Source: an uncultured bacterium (lineage in GTDB: Bacteria > Verrucomicrobiota > Kiritimatiellia > RFP12 > UBA1067). Taken from it: DNA of 64,000 bases. The position numbers and the translations under genes were made by a program. The stretch is taken from positions 2,270 to 66,269 of the forward strand of contig CADCCW010000011.1 in NCBI GenBank assembly GCA_902800055.1, in the 5' to 3' direction. Below, in pieces: positions 7,634 through 16,388 of this stretch. Within the stretch, counting starts at the first letter, position 1. Every line of letters starts with the position of its first letter. The notes below the pieces were generated by a model. It was not told the DNA's origin and did not search any database. It worked only from the letters and a program-made list of their open reading frames with translations.

Positions 7634-9203
7634 GAACATCCTGGCGGCGATTGCCGCCGTCTGCGCCGGGTCGGTCTTGGCGGCAGTAGAAATGGGCGCG
7701 CCGTTCACCGACGGCGCAGTGCTGCAGTGCGGCATGAAGGTGCCGGTTTGGGGCAAGGTGGTCCCGCCGCCGCTGGTTATCTTGAAGCCGAAGAGTCCTA
7801 TTACCCCAAAGAAGGTAAAGGTTGAGTTTGCCGGCCAGTCGAAGGTCGTCGATGTCGATCCTATTACCGGCGCCTGGCGAGTAGACCTCGACCCGATGGA
7901 GGCGTCGTCGGAAAGCCGCACGATGAAGGTGACCGAGCTCAATAAAGGCTTCCTGTTCGACACGACAGTGGACTCGGTGGAGGTGAATGACGTCCTCGTC
8001 GGCGAGGTGTGGTTCGCCTCTGGCCAGAGCAATATGGAGTGCCCGATCTGGCACCCAGGCAACAGCCGCTACCGCGACGGCAAGGGCGCGATGATGACCG
8101 CGATGACCCGCATGCCGCTCGTCCGCTTCGTGAAGACGCCGCGCGTCTACGGCACGCCCGGGCGCAATCCGCTCAAGGCGAAGTGGCTCAAGTTCGAGCC
8201 GGAGTCCTTCCAGTTGAAGGTGGAGGACTGCCATTGGCAGCTTCCTTCGGCGGTGGCGTGGTACTACGCGCGCGAGCTCCACGTCGCGCTCGGGGTGCCG
8301 GTCGGCATAATCGACTCCTCGATCGGCGGTACCAACATCGACGCATGGACGCCGCGCGAGGGCTACGAAGGCTGCGACCCGTCGATCAAGGCGACGGCGG
8401 AATGGATGCCGAAGTTCGGCAAGGACTGGACCAAGGACTGCGCCAACGGGGTGATTAGCGCGGCGTTCCAGCAGCCCACCGCGCTCTTCAACGCGATGGT
8501 GTGGGACTACGCGCCGATGGCGATGCGCGGCATGATCTGGTACCAGGGCTGCCACAACAACTCCGAGAGCGAGCTTTACTGCGCCAAGATGCACGCGCTA
8601 TACAACGGCTGGTCGCGGGTGTTCGAGAACCCCGGGCTCAAGCTCTACTTCGCCCAGCTCGCGCCGTGGAAGACGAACTGGATGGGCATGTGCATGGCGC
8701 AGGACAAGTTCTCGGCCGAGGAGCCGAACGCGGCGATCGCGGTGACGGCGGACGTCGGCAACTTCGACGACATCCACCCCAACGACAAGGAGACCGTGGC
8801 GCGCCGCCTCCTCATCCATGCGCTCAAGCGCGACTATGGCTTCGACATCCCCGAGGACTGCTCGCCGACGGCGAAGTCGCTTTCAGTCTCCGGCGACGTG
8901 GCGACGGTCACGTTCGACCACGTCCAGACCTGGTACGTCTACAACCGCGACATGTCGCTTGGCGCGCCGTTCGAGGTGGCCGGCACCAACGGCGTGTGGG
9001 AGGCGGCTGAGCTCGTCGACTGCGGCAAGTCGTTCAAGCCCTGGCAGACGCTCGGGCTCATCGACCACCCGCAGCTCAGCCTCAGGAGCGAGAAGGTGAA
9101 GGAGCCGGTCATGGCGCGTTACCTCGGCAAGGACCGCACCATGGGCGTCATGTACAACCAGGCGTCGCTGCCGCTCGGCCCATTTACGATTGCCGTCGAG
9201 TGA
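7623..9203 (+). CDS. Secreted sialate O-acetylesterase-family (SASA-like) carbohydrate esterase
   Basis: Signal peptide present. WFASGQSNME, IWYQGCHNNSE and ADVGNFDDIHPNDKE are collinear with the N-terminal domain of 1750-3858. Confidence 0.7.
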   Translation: MNTKNILAAIAAVCAGSVLAAVEMGAPFTDGAVLQCGMKVPVWGKVVPPPLVILKPKSPITPKKVKVEFAGQSKVVDVDPITGAWRVDLDPMEASSESRTMKVTELNKGFLFDTTVDSVEVNDVLVGEVWFASGQSNMECPIWHPGNSRYRDGKGAMMTAMTRMPLVRFVKTPRVYGTPGRNPLKAKWLKFEPESFQLKVEDCHWQLPSAVAWYYARELHVALGVPVGIIDSSIGGTNIDAWTPREGYEGCDPSIKATAEWMPKFGKDWTKDCANGVISAAFQQPTALFNAMVWDYAPMAMRGMIWYQGCHNNSESELYCAKMHALYNGWSRVFENPGLKLYFAQLAPWKTNWMGMCMAQDKFSAEEPNAAIAVTADVGNFDDIHPNDKETVARRLLIHALKRDYGFDIPEDCSPTAKSLSVSGDVATVTFDHVQTWYVYNRDMSLGAPFEVAGTNGVWEAAELVDCGKSFKPWQTLGLIDHPQLSLRSEKVKEPVMARYLGKDRTMGVMYNQASLPLGPFTIAVE

Positions 9204-9244
9204 TTCGTTTATGTATTCACCACTTGCGCGACGGGCGCGAGTTA

Positions 9245-9253
9245 TGATATACT
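9245..9253 (+). promoter_or_regulatory. Candidate -10 (TGATATACT) for rpsP-rplS, followed by an SD-containing leader
   Basis: TGnTAnAnT-type box about 40 nt upstream of the ATG at 9293. AGGAG lies at 9277-9281. Confidence 0.4.
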
Positions 9254-9292
9254 ACACAAAAATTCATTCACCGACAGGAGAATAAAGACAGT

Positions 9293-9589
9293 ATGGTAAA
9301 GATCAGAATGCGGCGCACCGGTTGCACCAACCACGCGACCTATCGCATTGTCGCGGCGGACGTGCGCTCGCCTCGCGACGGAAAGTTCCTCGAGATCCTC
9401 GGGTCGTACGACACCCAGGTCAAGGAGAACAACTTCAAGCTCGACCTTGCGCGCGTCGACTACTGGCTCTCGAAGGGCGCCAAGCCCTCGACCACGGTCG
9501 CCTCGCTGATCCGCCGCGCCCGCAACCCCGAACTCAAGCCGCACCACGCCGTCAAGGCCAAGAAGCCGGCGGAGAAGAAGGAGGCATAA
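9293..9589 (+). CDS. rpsP: 30S ribosomal protein S16
   Basis: MVKIRMRRTGCTNHATYRIVAADVRSPRDGKFLE..., the typical S16 N-terminus. Confidence 0.9.
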   Translation: MVKIRMRRTGCTNHATYRIVAADVRSPRDGKFLEILGSYDTQVKENNFKLDLARVDYWLSKGAKPSTTVASLIRRARNPELKPHHAVKAKKPAEKKEA

Positions 9590-9592
9590 GCC

Positions 9593-9961
9593 ATGGGCAT
9601 CAAGCTTATCGACAAGATCAACGCCGAGCAGACGGTCGCGCTCAAGGAGAAGAAGTACCCTGAGTTCCGCGCCGGCGACATCGTCCGCGTCTCGATCAAG
9701 ATCAAGGAGGGCGACAAGTTCCGCATCCAGGACTTCGAGGGCAAGGTGCTGGCGGTGGACAACGGCCGCGGCAACGCTTCGGGCAACTTCACCGTTTCGC
9801 GCGACAGCTACGGCGTCCGCGTGGAGAAGCTCTTTCCCTTCGCCAGCCCCTGGATCCAGGCGATCAAGGTGGTCAAGAAGGGCACTGCGCGCCGCGCCAA
9901 GCTCTACACCGAGCGCACGTTCTGCTCCCACAAGGCGGTGCGCAAACTCGTGAAGAAGTGA
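9593..9961 (+). CDS. rplS: 50S ribosomal protein L19
   Basis: FRAGDIVRVSIKIKEGDKFRIQDFEGKVLA..., matching L19 in size and pattern. Confidence 0.9.
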   Translation: MGIKLIDKINAEQTVALKEKKYPEFRAGDIVRVSIKIKEGDKFRIQDFEGKVLAVDNGRGNASGNFTVSRDSYGVRVEKLFPFASPWIQAIKVVKKGTARRAKLYTERTFCSHKAVRKLVKK

Positions 9962-9992
9962 TACTGCCCGCGACATGAGGCGAATGAATGCG

Positions 9993-10026
9993 GAAGGGCG
10001 TCGCGGGGTTCTCCGCGGCGCCTTTC
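9993..10026 (+). terminator. GC-rich hairpin downstream of rplS (no U-tract)
   Basis: GAAGGGCGTCGCGGGG tt CTCCGCGGCGCCTTTC. All 16 positions pair if three G-U wobbles are allowed. It is followed by CAGCAC rather than a T-run. Confidence 0.4.
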
Positions 10027-10075
10027 CAGCACAATCCGCCAGCCGCGGCAATCAGACGACGAAAGGAACTATACC

Positions 10076-10804
10076 GTGAAGATCGCGATTCAAGGCGCCG
10101 CCGGGCGCATGGGGAAGATGCTCGACTCGCTCGCGTCCCGCTTTGGGCTCGAGGTAGTCTCGCGCGTTGACGTCGCCGATGGGTATGACCGCGGCTGGAC
10201 GGACGGCGTGGAGGGCGTCGTCGACTTTTCCCACCATTCCGCGCTCCCTGCCGCGATTGCCGAGGCCGTGCGCCGGAAGGTTCCATATGTAATCGGCACG
10301 ACCGGCCTCGACGCCTCCGAACAGGCGGCGGTGGACGCGGCGGCGAAGTCGATCCCTGTCGTCCAGAGCGGCAACTACTCCCTGGGCGTCAACCTGCTGG
10401 TCGAGCTGGTGCGCCGCGCGGCGTCCGCGCTGGGACCCGAATACGACATTGAGATCGCCGAGATGCACCACCGCCACAAGAAGGACGCGCCGTCCGGTAC
10501 CGCGCTGATGCTGGCGAAGAGCGCGGCGGAAGGGCGCGGACGCCAGGCGGAAGACTTTGTCTTCGGCCGTCGTGGCGACGTGGGCGAGCGTCCCGAAGGC
10601 GAGATCGCCATCCATGCGCTCCGCGGCGGTTCGGTGGTCGGCGACCACACGGTGATGTTCGCTGGCGATCTGGAGCGGGTGGAACTTGTCCACCGCGCGC
10701 AGAGCCGCGAGGCGTTTGCCGCCGGCGCGCTCAAGGCGCTCGTGTGGGCGAAGGGGCGCGCAAGCGGGCTCTACTCGATGCGCGACGTACTTGGACTCGC
10801 CTAA
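10076..10804 (+). CDS. dapB: 4-hydroxy-tetrahydrodipicolinate reductase
   Basis: GTG start. MKIAIQGAAGRMGK, IGTTGL and EIAEMHHRHKKDAPSGTAL. Confidence 0.9.
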   Translation: MKIAIQGAAGRMGKMLDSLASRFGLEVVSRVDVADGYDRGWTDGVEGVVDFSHHSALPAAIAEAVRRKVPYVIGTTGLDASEQAAVDAAAKSIPVVQSGNYSLGVNLLVELVRRAASALGPEYDIEIAEMHHRHKKDAPSGTALMLAKSAAEGRGRQAEDFVFGRRGDVGERPEGEIAIHALRGGSVVGDHTVMFAGDLERVELVHRAQSREAFAAGALKALVWAKGRASGLYSMRDVLGLA

Positions 10805-10829
10805 ACGGACTGAAATTATCGCCTTAATT

Positions 10830-10838
10830 TGGTATAAT
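10830..10838 (+). promoter_or_regulatory. Extended -10 box TGGTATAAT, 8 nt upstream of the fabH ATG
   Basis: Exact motif in aatttggtataatacacagacATG. Confidence 0.6.
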
Positions 10839-10846
10839 ACACAGAC

Positions 10847-11869
10847 ATGGGAATCAAGATATTAGGAACCGGGAGCTATCTGCCGCCGAAGGTGGTGACC
10901 AATGGCGACATCGCCGCCTCTTTGGACACGAGCGATGAGTGGATATTCTCCCACACCGGCATCCACGCGCGGCACGTCGCCGGCGAGGGCGAGACGACTT
11001 CCTCGATGGCGGCCGAGGCCGCGCGCAAGGCACTGGAGATGTCCGGGGTGAAGCCCGAGGAGATCGGGCTCATCGTGGTGGCGACGTCCTCGCCCGACTA
11101 CGGCACCTTCCCCTCCACCGCGTGCATCGTGCAGGACCTCCTGGGCTGCGTGAACGCGGGCGCGTTCGACCTGCAGGCGGCCTGCGCCGGCTTCGTCTAC
11201 GCGCTCGAGCAGGCGCGCGGGTTCGTGAACTTCTACCCCGACAAGAAGGCAATCGTCATCGGCGCCGAGTGCCTGACGCGCATCCTCGACTGGACCGACC
11301 GCTCGAACTGCATCCTCTTCGGCGACGGCGCCGGGGCGGTGGTGCTCGGGAACGACGAGGGGCCGGGCATGGCGTCGGCCAAGACGACCGCGCACACGAT
11401 TCTGGGCGCGGACGGCAAGGGCCAGGCGTTCATCATGCGCACCGGCGGCACCCGCGAGGCGCCGAAGTTCGACCCGCTCACCGGAGTCCCGCTCAAGGGC
11501 GAGCCGCAGCTGCCGCAGCTGACGCTGCAGGGCCACGACGTCTTCGCCTTCGCGGTGCGCAAGCTCTCGAAGGTGGTGGGCGACCTCTGCGAGCGCCTCG
11601 GCACGACGCCGGAGTCGCTCGACCGAGTCTTCGCCCACCAGGCGAACGGACGCATCATCGAGGCGACGGCGCGGCGGATGAAGCTGCCGCTCTCGAAGTT
11701 CTGGCTGAACCTCGAGACGACGGCCAACACCTCGGCGGCGTCGGTGCCGATCTCGCTCGACCAGGCGGTCAGGGCGGGGGAGCTGAAGGACGGCATGCGC
11801 ATCGTGCTCGTCGGCTTCGGCGCCGGGCTTACCTACGGCGGAACCTACATGACGTGGCCGAACCTCTGA
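10847..11869 (+). CDS. fabH: 3-oxoacyl-ACP synthase III
   Basis: LQAACAGFVYAL (active-site Cys), FAHQAN and GFGAGLTYGG. Confidence 0.9.
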   Translation: MGIKILGTGSYLPPKVVTNGDIAASLDTSDEWIFSHTGIHARHVAGEGETTSSMAAEAARKALEMSGVKPEEIGLIVVATSSPDYGTFPSTACIVQDLLGCVNAGAFDLQAACAGFVYALEQARGFVNFYPDKKAIVIGAECLTRILDWTDRSNCILFGDGAGAVVLGNDEGPGMASAKTTAHTILGADGKGQAFIMRTGGTREAPKFDPLTGVPLKGEPQLPQLTLQGHDVFAFAVRKLSKVVGDLCERLGTTPESLDRVFAHQANGRIIEATARRMKLPLSKFWLNLETTANTSAASVPISLDQAVRAGELKDGMRIVLVGFGAGLTYGGTYMTWPNL

Positions 11870-11903
11870 GTCGGCGCGGCGGATCTACAAAAGGAGAAGA
11901 GAG

Positions 11904-13190
11904 ATGAAGAAAGTCATGATCACCGGCATCGGCATGCTGACCGCTGTCGGCAACGGCAAGGACGCGACCTGGGAGGCGGTTAAGGCCGGCAAGCCCGGCG
12001 TCGGCCGCATAACCAAGTTCGACCCCTCGCGCTGCACCTGCCAGGTCGCGGCGGAGGTGAAGGGCTTCGAAGAGTACGCTTTCGGCGCCGGTCTCCTCGA
12101 GAAGCGCGAGGCACGGCACATGGCGAAGTTCTCGCAGTACGCGGTGGCGACGGCCAACGAGGCGTGGCGAGACGCCGGCTACAGCGCCGAGAAGAAGCCC
12201 GACATGAACCGCGTCGCCACCATCTTCGGTGTCGGCATCGGCGGGCTCGAGGTGACCGAGGCGTCGTTCAAGACGCTCTTCGACAAGGGACCCGACCGGC
12301 TCTCGCCGCTCGCCATCCCCGAGCTCATCGCCAACGAGGGCGCCGGCAACGTGGCGATCGCGCTCGGCGCGAAGGGCCCCTGCCACGTCCTCACCACCGC
12401 CTGCGCGTCCTCGACCGACGCGATCGGCTACTCGATGGACCTTATCCGCACCGGCCGCGCCGACGTGGTGGTGGCCGGCGGCGCCGAGGCGGTGATCATC
12501 GAGTTCACCGTCGGCGGCTTCATGAAGGAGAAGGCGCTCTCCACCTCCTACAACGACACGCCCGAGACCGCGTGCCGTCCCTTCACCAAGGGCCGCGACG
12601 GCTTCGTGATGGGCGAGGGCGCGGCGGTGCTGATCCTCGAGAGCGAGGAGCACGCCAAGGCGCGCGGCGCCAAGGTCTACGCCGAGCTCGCCGGCTACGG
12701 GGCGACGTGCGACGCCTACCACATCACCGCGCCCGACCCGAGCGGCGAGGGCTCCGTGAGGGCGATCGAGGTCGCGCTCGCCGACGCCGGCGTCACCGAC
12801 CGCTCGACCGTCGACTACATCAATGCGCACGGCACCTCCACCCACCTCAACGACCAGATGGAGACCAAGGCGTTCAAGACCGTCTTCGGCGAGGAGGGGG
12901 CGAAGAAGATCTCCATCTCCTCCACCAAGCCCTGCCACGGCCACTGTCTTGGCGCGACAGGCGCGATCGAGGCGGCGATCACCGCGCTGGCGGTGAAGGA
13001 CGGCTTCGTGCCGCCGACGCCCAACTGCAACGAGCCCGACCTCGAGGTAGACACTTCCAAGGGCGAGGTGCCGCTGGACCTCGACTACACGCCGAACGTC
13101 GGCCATCCGCGCGACATCCGCGTAGCGGTGTCGAGCTCGCTCGGCTTCGGCGGCCACAACGGAATTCTGGTCTTCAAGAAGTACGTCTGA
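11904..13190 (+). CDS. fabF: 3-oxoacyl-ACP synthase II
   Basis: TTACASSTDAIG, NAHGTSTHLND, KPCHGHCLGATG and SLGFGGHN. Confidence 0.9.
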   Translation: MKKVMITGIGMLTAVGNGKDATWEAVKAGKPGVGRITKFDPSRCTCQVAAEVKGFEEYAFGAGLLEKREARHMAKFSQYAVATANEAWRDAGYSAEKKPDMNRVATIFGVGIGGLEVTEASFKTLFDKGPDRLSPLAIPELIANEGAGNVAIALGAKGPCHVLTTACASSTDAIGYSMDLIRTGRADVVVAGGAEAVIIEFTVGGFMKEKALSTSYNDTPETACRPFTKGRDGFVMGEGAAVLILESEEHAKARGAKVYAELAGYGATCDAYHITAPDPSGEGSVRAIEVALADAGVTDRSTVDYINAHGTSTHLNDQMETKAFKTVFGEEGAKKISISSTKPCHGHCLGATGAIEAAITALAVKDGFVPPTPNCNEPDLEVDTSKGEVPLDLDYTPNVGHPRDIRVAVSSSLGFGGHNGILVFKKYV

Positions 13191-13192
13191 TC

Positions 13193-13220
13193 AACGAATC
13201 ACGAACCACGAACTACGAAA
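13193..13220. repeat. Tandem heptamers (AACGAAT CACGAAC CACGAAC TACGAAA) between fabF and fabZ
   Basis: Read directly from the sequence. The same CACGAAC array recurs at 35547-35574. Confidence 0.7.
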
Positions 13221-13233
13221 CGGAGTAACTGAC

Positions 13234-13725
13234 ATGGACCTGCCAAAGTACAAGAACGTCTTCAACTGGGAAGGCATTGAGCTGTTACCGCACCGTCCGC
13301 CGTTCCTCTTCGTGGACAAGCTCATCGCCGGCGACGAGACTGGGTGCATTGCCGAGTACACCTTCACGCAGGAGAAGAACGAATTCTTCAAGGGACACTT
13401 CCCGGACTACCCGGTGGTGCCGGGGGTGATACTTGTCGAGGCGATGGCCCAGGCCGCCGGCGCGAACGTGGTCGCACGCGAGGTGCTTGGGGTGCAGGTC
13501 GCCTTCGCGCTCGCGGCGATCGACGAGGTGCGCTTCCGCCAGCCGTTCCGTCCCGGCGACAAGCTGGTGACGGTAGTGGAGATCGTGCGCGAGCGCGTGC
13601 CGCTCGGCGTCTACCGCTGCCGCGGCTACCTCAACGGCGAGCCGAACGAGAAGGGCGAGCCGGCGGTGGAGTGCACCGTCAAGTGCATGATGGGCGGCAA
13701 GATCGTCGGCGACCGCCGGGGATGA
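13234..13725 (+). CDS. fabZ: 3-hydroxyacyl-ACP dehydratase
   Basis: LPHRPPFLFVDKL and FFKGHFPDYPVVPGVILVEAMAQ. Confidence 0.85.
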   Translation: MDLPKYKNVFNWEGIELLPHRPPFLFVDKLIAGDETGCIAEYTFTQEKNEFFKGHFPDYPVVPGVILVEAMAQAAGANVVAREVLGVQVAFALAAIDEVRFRQPFRPGDKLVTVVEIVRERVPLGVYRCRGYLNGEPNEKGEPAVECTVKCMMGGKIVGDRRG

Positions 13726-13732
13726 CGGAACG

Positions 13733-15013
13733 ATGGTGAGGATTGTCGATTCTGGCGACCGGCGCATCGAAGCTTTCAACGCACGCCCAGCGTTCCCCGA
13801 GGAGGCCGAGCGCGCCGCGGCGGCTGCGATAGCAGAGATCCGCGCGCGCGGCGACGCGGCGGTCGTCGAGCTGGTCGCGAAGTTCGAGGGCTTCAAGGCG
13901 CCGCGGGCGTCGGCGCTCAGGGTGGATCTCGCGAAGGTGTCGGAGAAAAGAATCGACCCGAAACTCGTCAAGGCGGTCAAGGACGCGCACCGGCGCGTCA
14001 TGAGGTTTTCGAAGGCGTCGCTCCGCAAGGCGTGGTCGATCCCTTCGCCACGCGGCGGACGGCTGGGCGAGTTCTACTCGCCGATGGACCGCGTGGGCGT
14101 GTACGTGCCCGGCGGCACCGCGCCGCTCGCCTCGACTTCGGTGATGACGGTCACGCTCGCGAAGGCGGCCGGGGTGAAGGAGATCGTCGCCTGCACGCCG
14201 GCCGGGCGCGACGGGAAGGTGAATCCGGTCCTGCTCTACGCGCTCAAGCTCGCCGGCGCGACCGAGATCTACCGCGTCGGCGGCATCCAGGCGATCGGCA
14301 TGATGGCGTTCGGCACCAGGACCTGCCGCAAGGTGCAGAAGATCGCCGGTCCCGGCAACGCGTTCGTGACCGCGGCGAAGCGCCAGGTCTACGGCTACGT
14401 CGCCATCGACCAGGTGGCCGGGCCGAGCGAGATTGCCGTACTTGCCGACGGCTCGGTGGACGCACGTTGGATCGCGGCGGATCTGCTGAGCCAGGCCGAG
14501 CACGGCAGCGGCTGGGAGAAGTCGCTCTGCGTCGCCACCTCGCGCAAGTTCGCCGAGAAGGTGCGTGACGAGGTGCTTGCCCAGACTGCGACGCTTACGC
14601 GCAGGGAGCTCGTCCAGCGCGTCATCGACCGCGACGGAATCATCATTGTCGTCGCGAAGAACGTACGCGAGGGGCTGGAGATCGTGAACCGGTTCGCGCC
14701 AGAGCACTTCGAGATCATGACGAAGGACGCGCTCAGGGTGATGAGGGGCGTGAGGTCGGCCGGGGCGGTGTTTGCCGGACCGTGGACGCCGGAGTCGGCT
14801 GGCGACTTCGTCGCCGGTCCGAGCCACGTGCTGCCGACCGGCGGCGCGGCCAACATGTTCAACGGGCTTACGCCGGACGACTTCCGCCGCCGCCACAGCT
14901 TCGTCGCCTTCACCCGCGCCGACCTCGCCGAGACCGCGCCGACCATCGCCGCGTTTGCCGCGGTCGAGGGGCTCGACGGCCACGGCCGCGCCGCGTCAAT
15001 CCGCTTTGCCTGA
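13733..15013 (+). CDS. hisD: Histidinol dehydrogenase
   Basis: GPGNAFVTAAKRQV, AGPSEIAVLAD and LLSQAEHG. Confidence 0.9.
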   Translation: MVRIVDSGDRRIEAFNARPAFPEEAERAAAAAIAEIRARGDAAVVELVAKFEGFKAPRASALRVDLAKVSEKRIDPKLVKAVKDAHRRVMRFSKASLRKAWSIPSPRGGRLGEFYSPMDRVGVYVPGGTAPLASTSVMTVTLAKAAGVKEIVACTPAGRDGKVNPVLLYALKLAGATEIYRVGGIQAIGMMAFGTRTCRKVQKIAGPGNAFVTAAKRQVYGYVAIDQVAGPSEIAVLADGSVDARWIAADLLSQAEHGSGWEKSLCVATSRKFAEKVRDEVLAQTATLTRRELVQRVIDRDGIIIVVAKNVREGLEIVNRFAPEHFEIMTKDALRVMRGVRSAGAVFAGPWTPESAGDFVAGPSHVLPTGGAANMFNGLTPDDFRRRHSFVAFTRADLAETAPTIAAFAAVEGLDGHGRAASIRFA

Positions 15014-15116
15014 TTTCTTTGGAATTTAGGTCTGACCTATTTTCCAATATTTTTCTACATATAATATTTAAAATTTGAATAATTCTTACCTCGCTATTGC
15101 ACAATCTGCATAGAAA

Positions 15117-15125
15117 TGGTATACT
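15117..15125 (+). promoter_or_regulatory. -10 box TGGTATACT in an AT-rich spacer upstream of the XRE gene
   Basis: A one-mismatch variant of the recurrent box. The in-frame ATG at 15139 lies 13 nt downstream. Confidence 0.5.
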
Positions 15126-15138
15126 ATGCATCAATCAC

Positions 15139-15537
15139 ATGGGAGTAGTAGCGATGGATATACCAGATGAATTGAGAAGGACGGCGCGGTCGCTCGTGGT
15201 TGAACGTGAGCGACTGGGACTGTCACAGAAGCAGGTTGCCCAGCGCATGGGTGTATCGCAGTCGAAGGTCTGTCGTCTTGAGAGCTCGGCTGACGCGAAC
15301 CTCGTCTACGGCGACGTGGCCGCTTACGCGAAGGCGCTGGGGCTCAATGTCACCTTGTTCTACGACGACATTGAGGCGGAGCCGGAGATCCGGGCGCAGA
15401 TCTACGCCGAGCACATCGCCGACATGCTGGAGAAGCTCAGGAAGGTGCTGCCGAAGGGAATTGGCTACGAGGACGCGATTGCGCACTTCTCCGGCAATGT
15501 CCTCCTGCCGCTGATCCGCAACGGGAGGTCGCGTTGA
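15139..15537 (+). CDS. XRE-family helix-turn-helix transcriptional regulator
   Basis: LGLSQKQVAQRMGVSQSKVCRLES is a typical Cro/C1 HTH. An alternative start lies at 15154. The stop overlaps the start of the next gene. Confidence 0.75.
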   Translation: MGVVAMDIPDELRRTARSLVVERERLGLSQKQVAQRMGVSQSKVCRLESSADANLVYGDVAAYAKALGLNVTLFYDDIEAEPEIRAQIYAEHIADMLEKLRKVLPKGIGYEDAIAHFSGNVLLPLIRNGRSR

Positions 15538-16388
15538 GCGCTTTTGTTCCAGGATCGTCCTTTGGCGACTACCGGGTGGTGCGGAAGCTGGGCGCGGGGG
15601 CGTCCGGCGAGGTCTGGCTGCTGGAGTCGGGCCGGAGCGGACTCAAGGCGGCGGCGAAGATCCTCGCGCCGGAGCTGGCCCAGGTCCACGAGCACCGCAT
15701 TCGTTTTGTGCGCGAGGCGGCGACGGCGATGGAGATCCGCCATCCCAACCTGGTGCGGGTCTACGACGTCGGCGAGGACCCCGAGACTGAGCTTTGCTAC
15801 ATGCTGATGGAGTATGTGAGCGGCGGCACGCTGGCGGAGCGGATTGCGCGCGAGGGCGCGCTGCCGGTAGCGGAGGCGCTTCGAATCGTCCGCGCGCTCG
15901 CCTCGCTCGTAGAGGTGGTTTCGTCCCGGGGAATCGTCCACCGCGACATCAAGCCGGGAAACATCCTCATCGGCGACGGCGGCGAGCCGAAGCTTTCCGA
16001 TCTCGGCATTGCGCGCTTCTCCGGCGTCCCGGCGGAGGCCGGCGGTTCCGTAGGCGGAGCGATGGTAGGGACCCTGGCGTACATGGCGCCGGAGCAGATG
16101 CTCGACCCGCGGACGGTAGACGTCCGCGCCGACATCTATTCGCTCGGGGTGGTGTTTTTCGAGATGCTCGCCGGGCGGCGTCTTTCCGGCGGCGGCGACG
16201 TCCTGCGCATGGTGGCGGAGCGGATCGGCGGCGACGCCGTGCCGGACGTGCGGGAGTTCCGTCCCGACGCGTCCGAGGCGGTCGCGGGTCTGGTGCGGCT
16301 TATGTGCGCGGCGGATCCGGAAGAGCGGGTGCGGTCGCCGCGGGCGCTGCTGTCGCTTGTCGACTGGGCGGAGAGGGGGGCGGCATGA
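15534..16388 (+). CDS. Hanks-type Ser/Thr protein kinase, catalytic domain only (284 aa)
   Basis: GAGASGEV (G-loop), AAAKIL (Lys), HRDIKPGN, SDLGIA and AYMAPEQ. No TM or sensor domain. TTG start. Confidence 0.8.
   Translation: MSAFVPGSSFGDYRVVRKLGAGASGEVWLLESGRSGLKAAAKILAPELAQVHEHRIRFVREAATAMEIRHPNLVRVYDVGEDPETELCYMLMEYVSGGTLAERIAREGALPVAEALRIVRALASLVEVVSSRGIVHRDIKPGNILIGDGGEPKLSDLGIARFSGVPAEAGGSVGGAMVGTLAYMAPEQMLDPRTVDVRADIYSLGVVFFEMLAGRRLSGGGDVLRMVAERIGGDAVPDVREFRPDASEAVAGLVRLMCAADPEERVRSPRALLSLVDWAERGAA

Noticed and set aside
15027-15043. TAGGTCTGACCTATTTT after hisD, and the similar GGTCnGACC+T-run motifs at 203-218 and 806-820, as intrinsic terminators.
   Set aside because: The stems are only 4-6 bp with 1-3 nt loops, which is thermodynamically marginal. 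The recurrence is noted in the findings, but they are not annotated as confident terminators.
15126-15170. A 14-codon mini-ORF (MHQSHGSSSDGYTR) starting immediately after the TGGTATACT box, as an upstream regulatory ORF.
   Set aside because: The ATG abuts the -10 and would lie upstream of the expected transcription start. No supporting features were seen.
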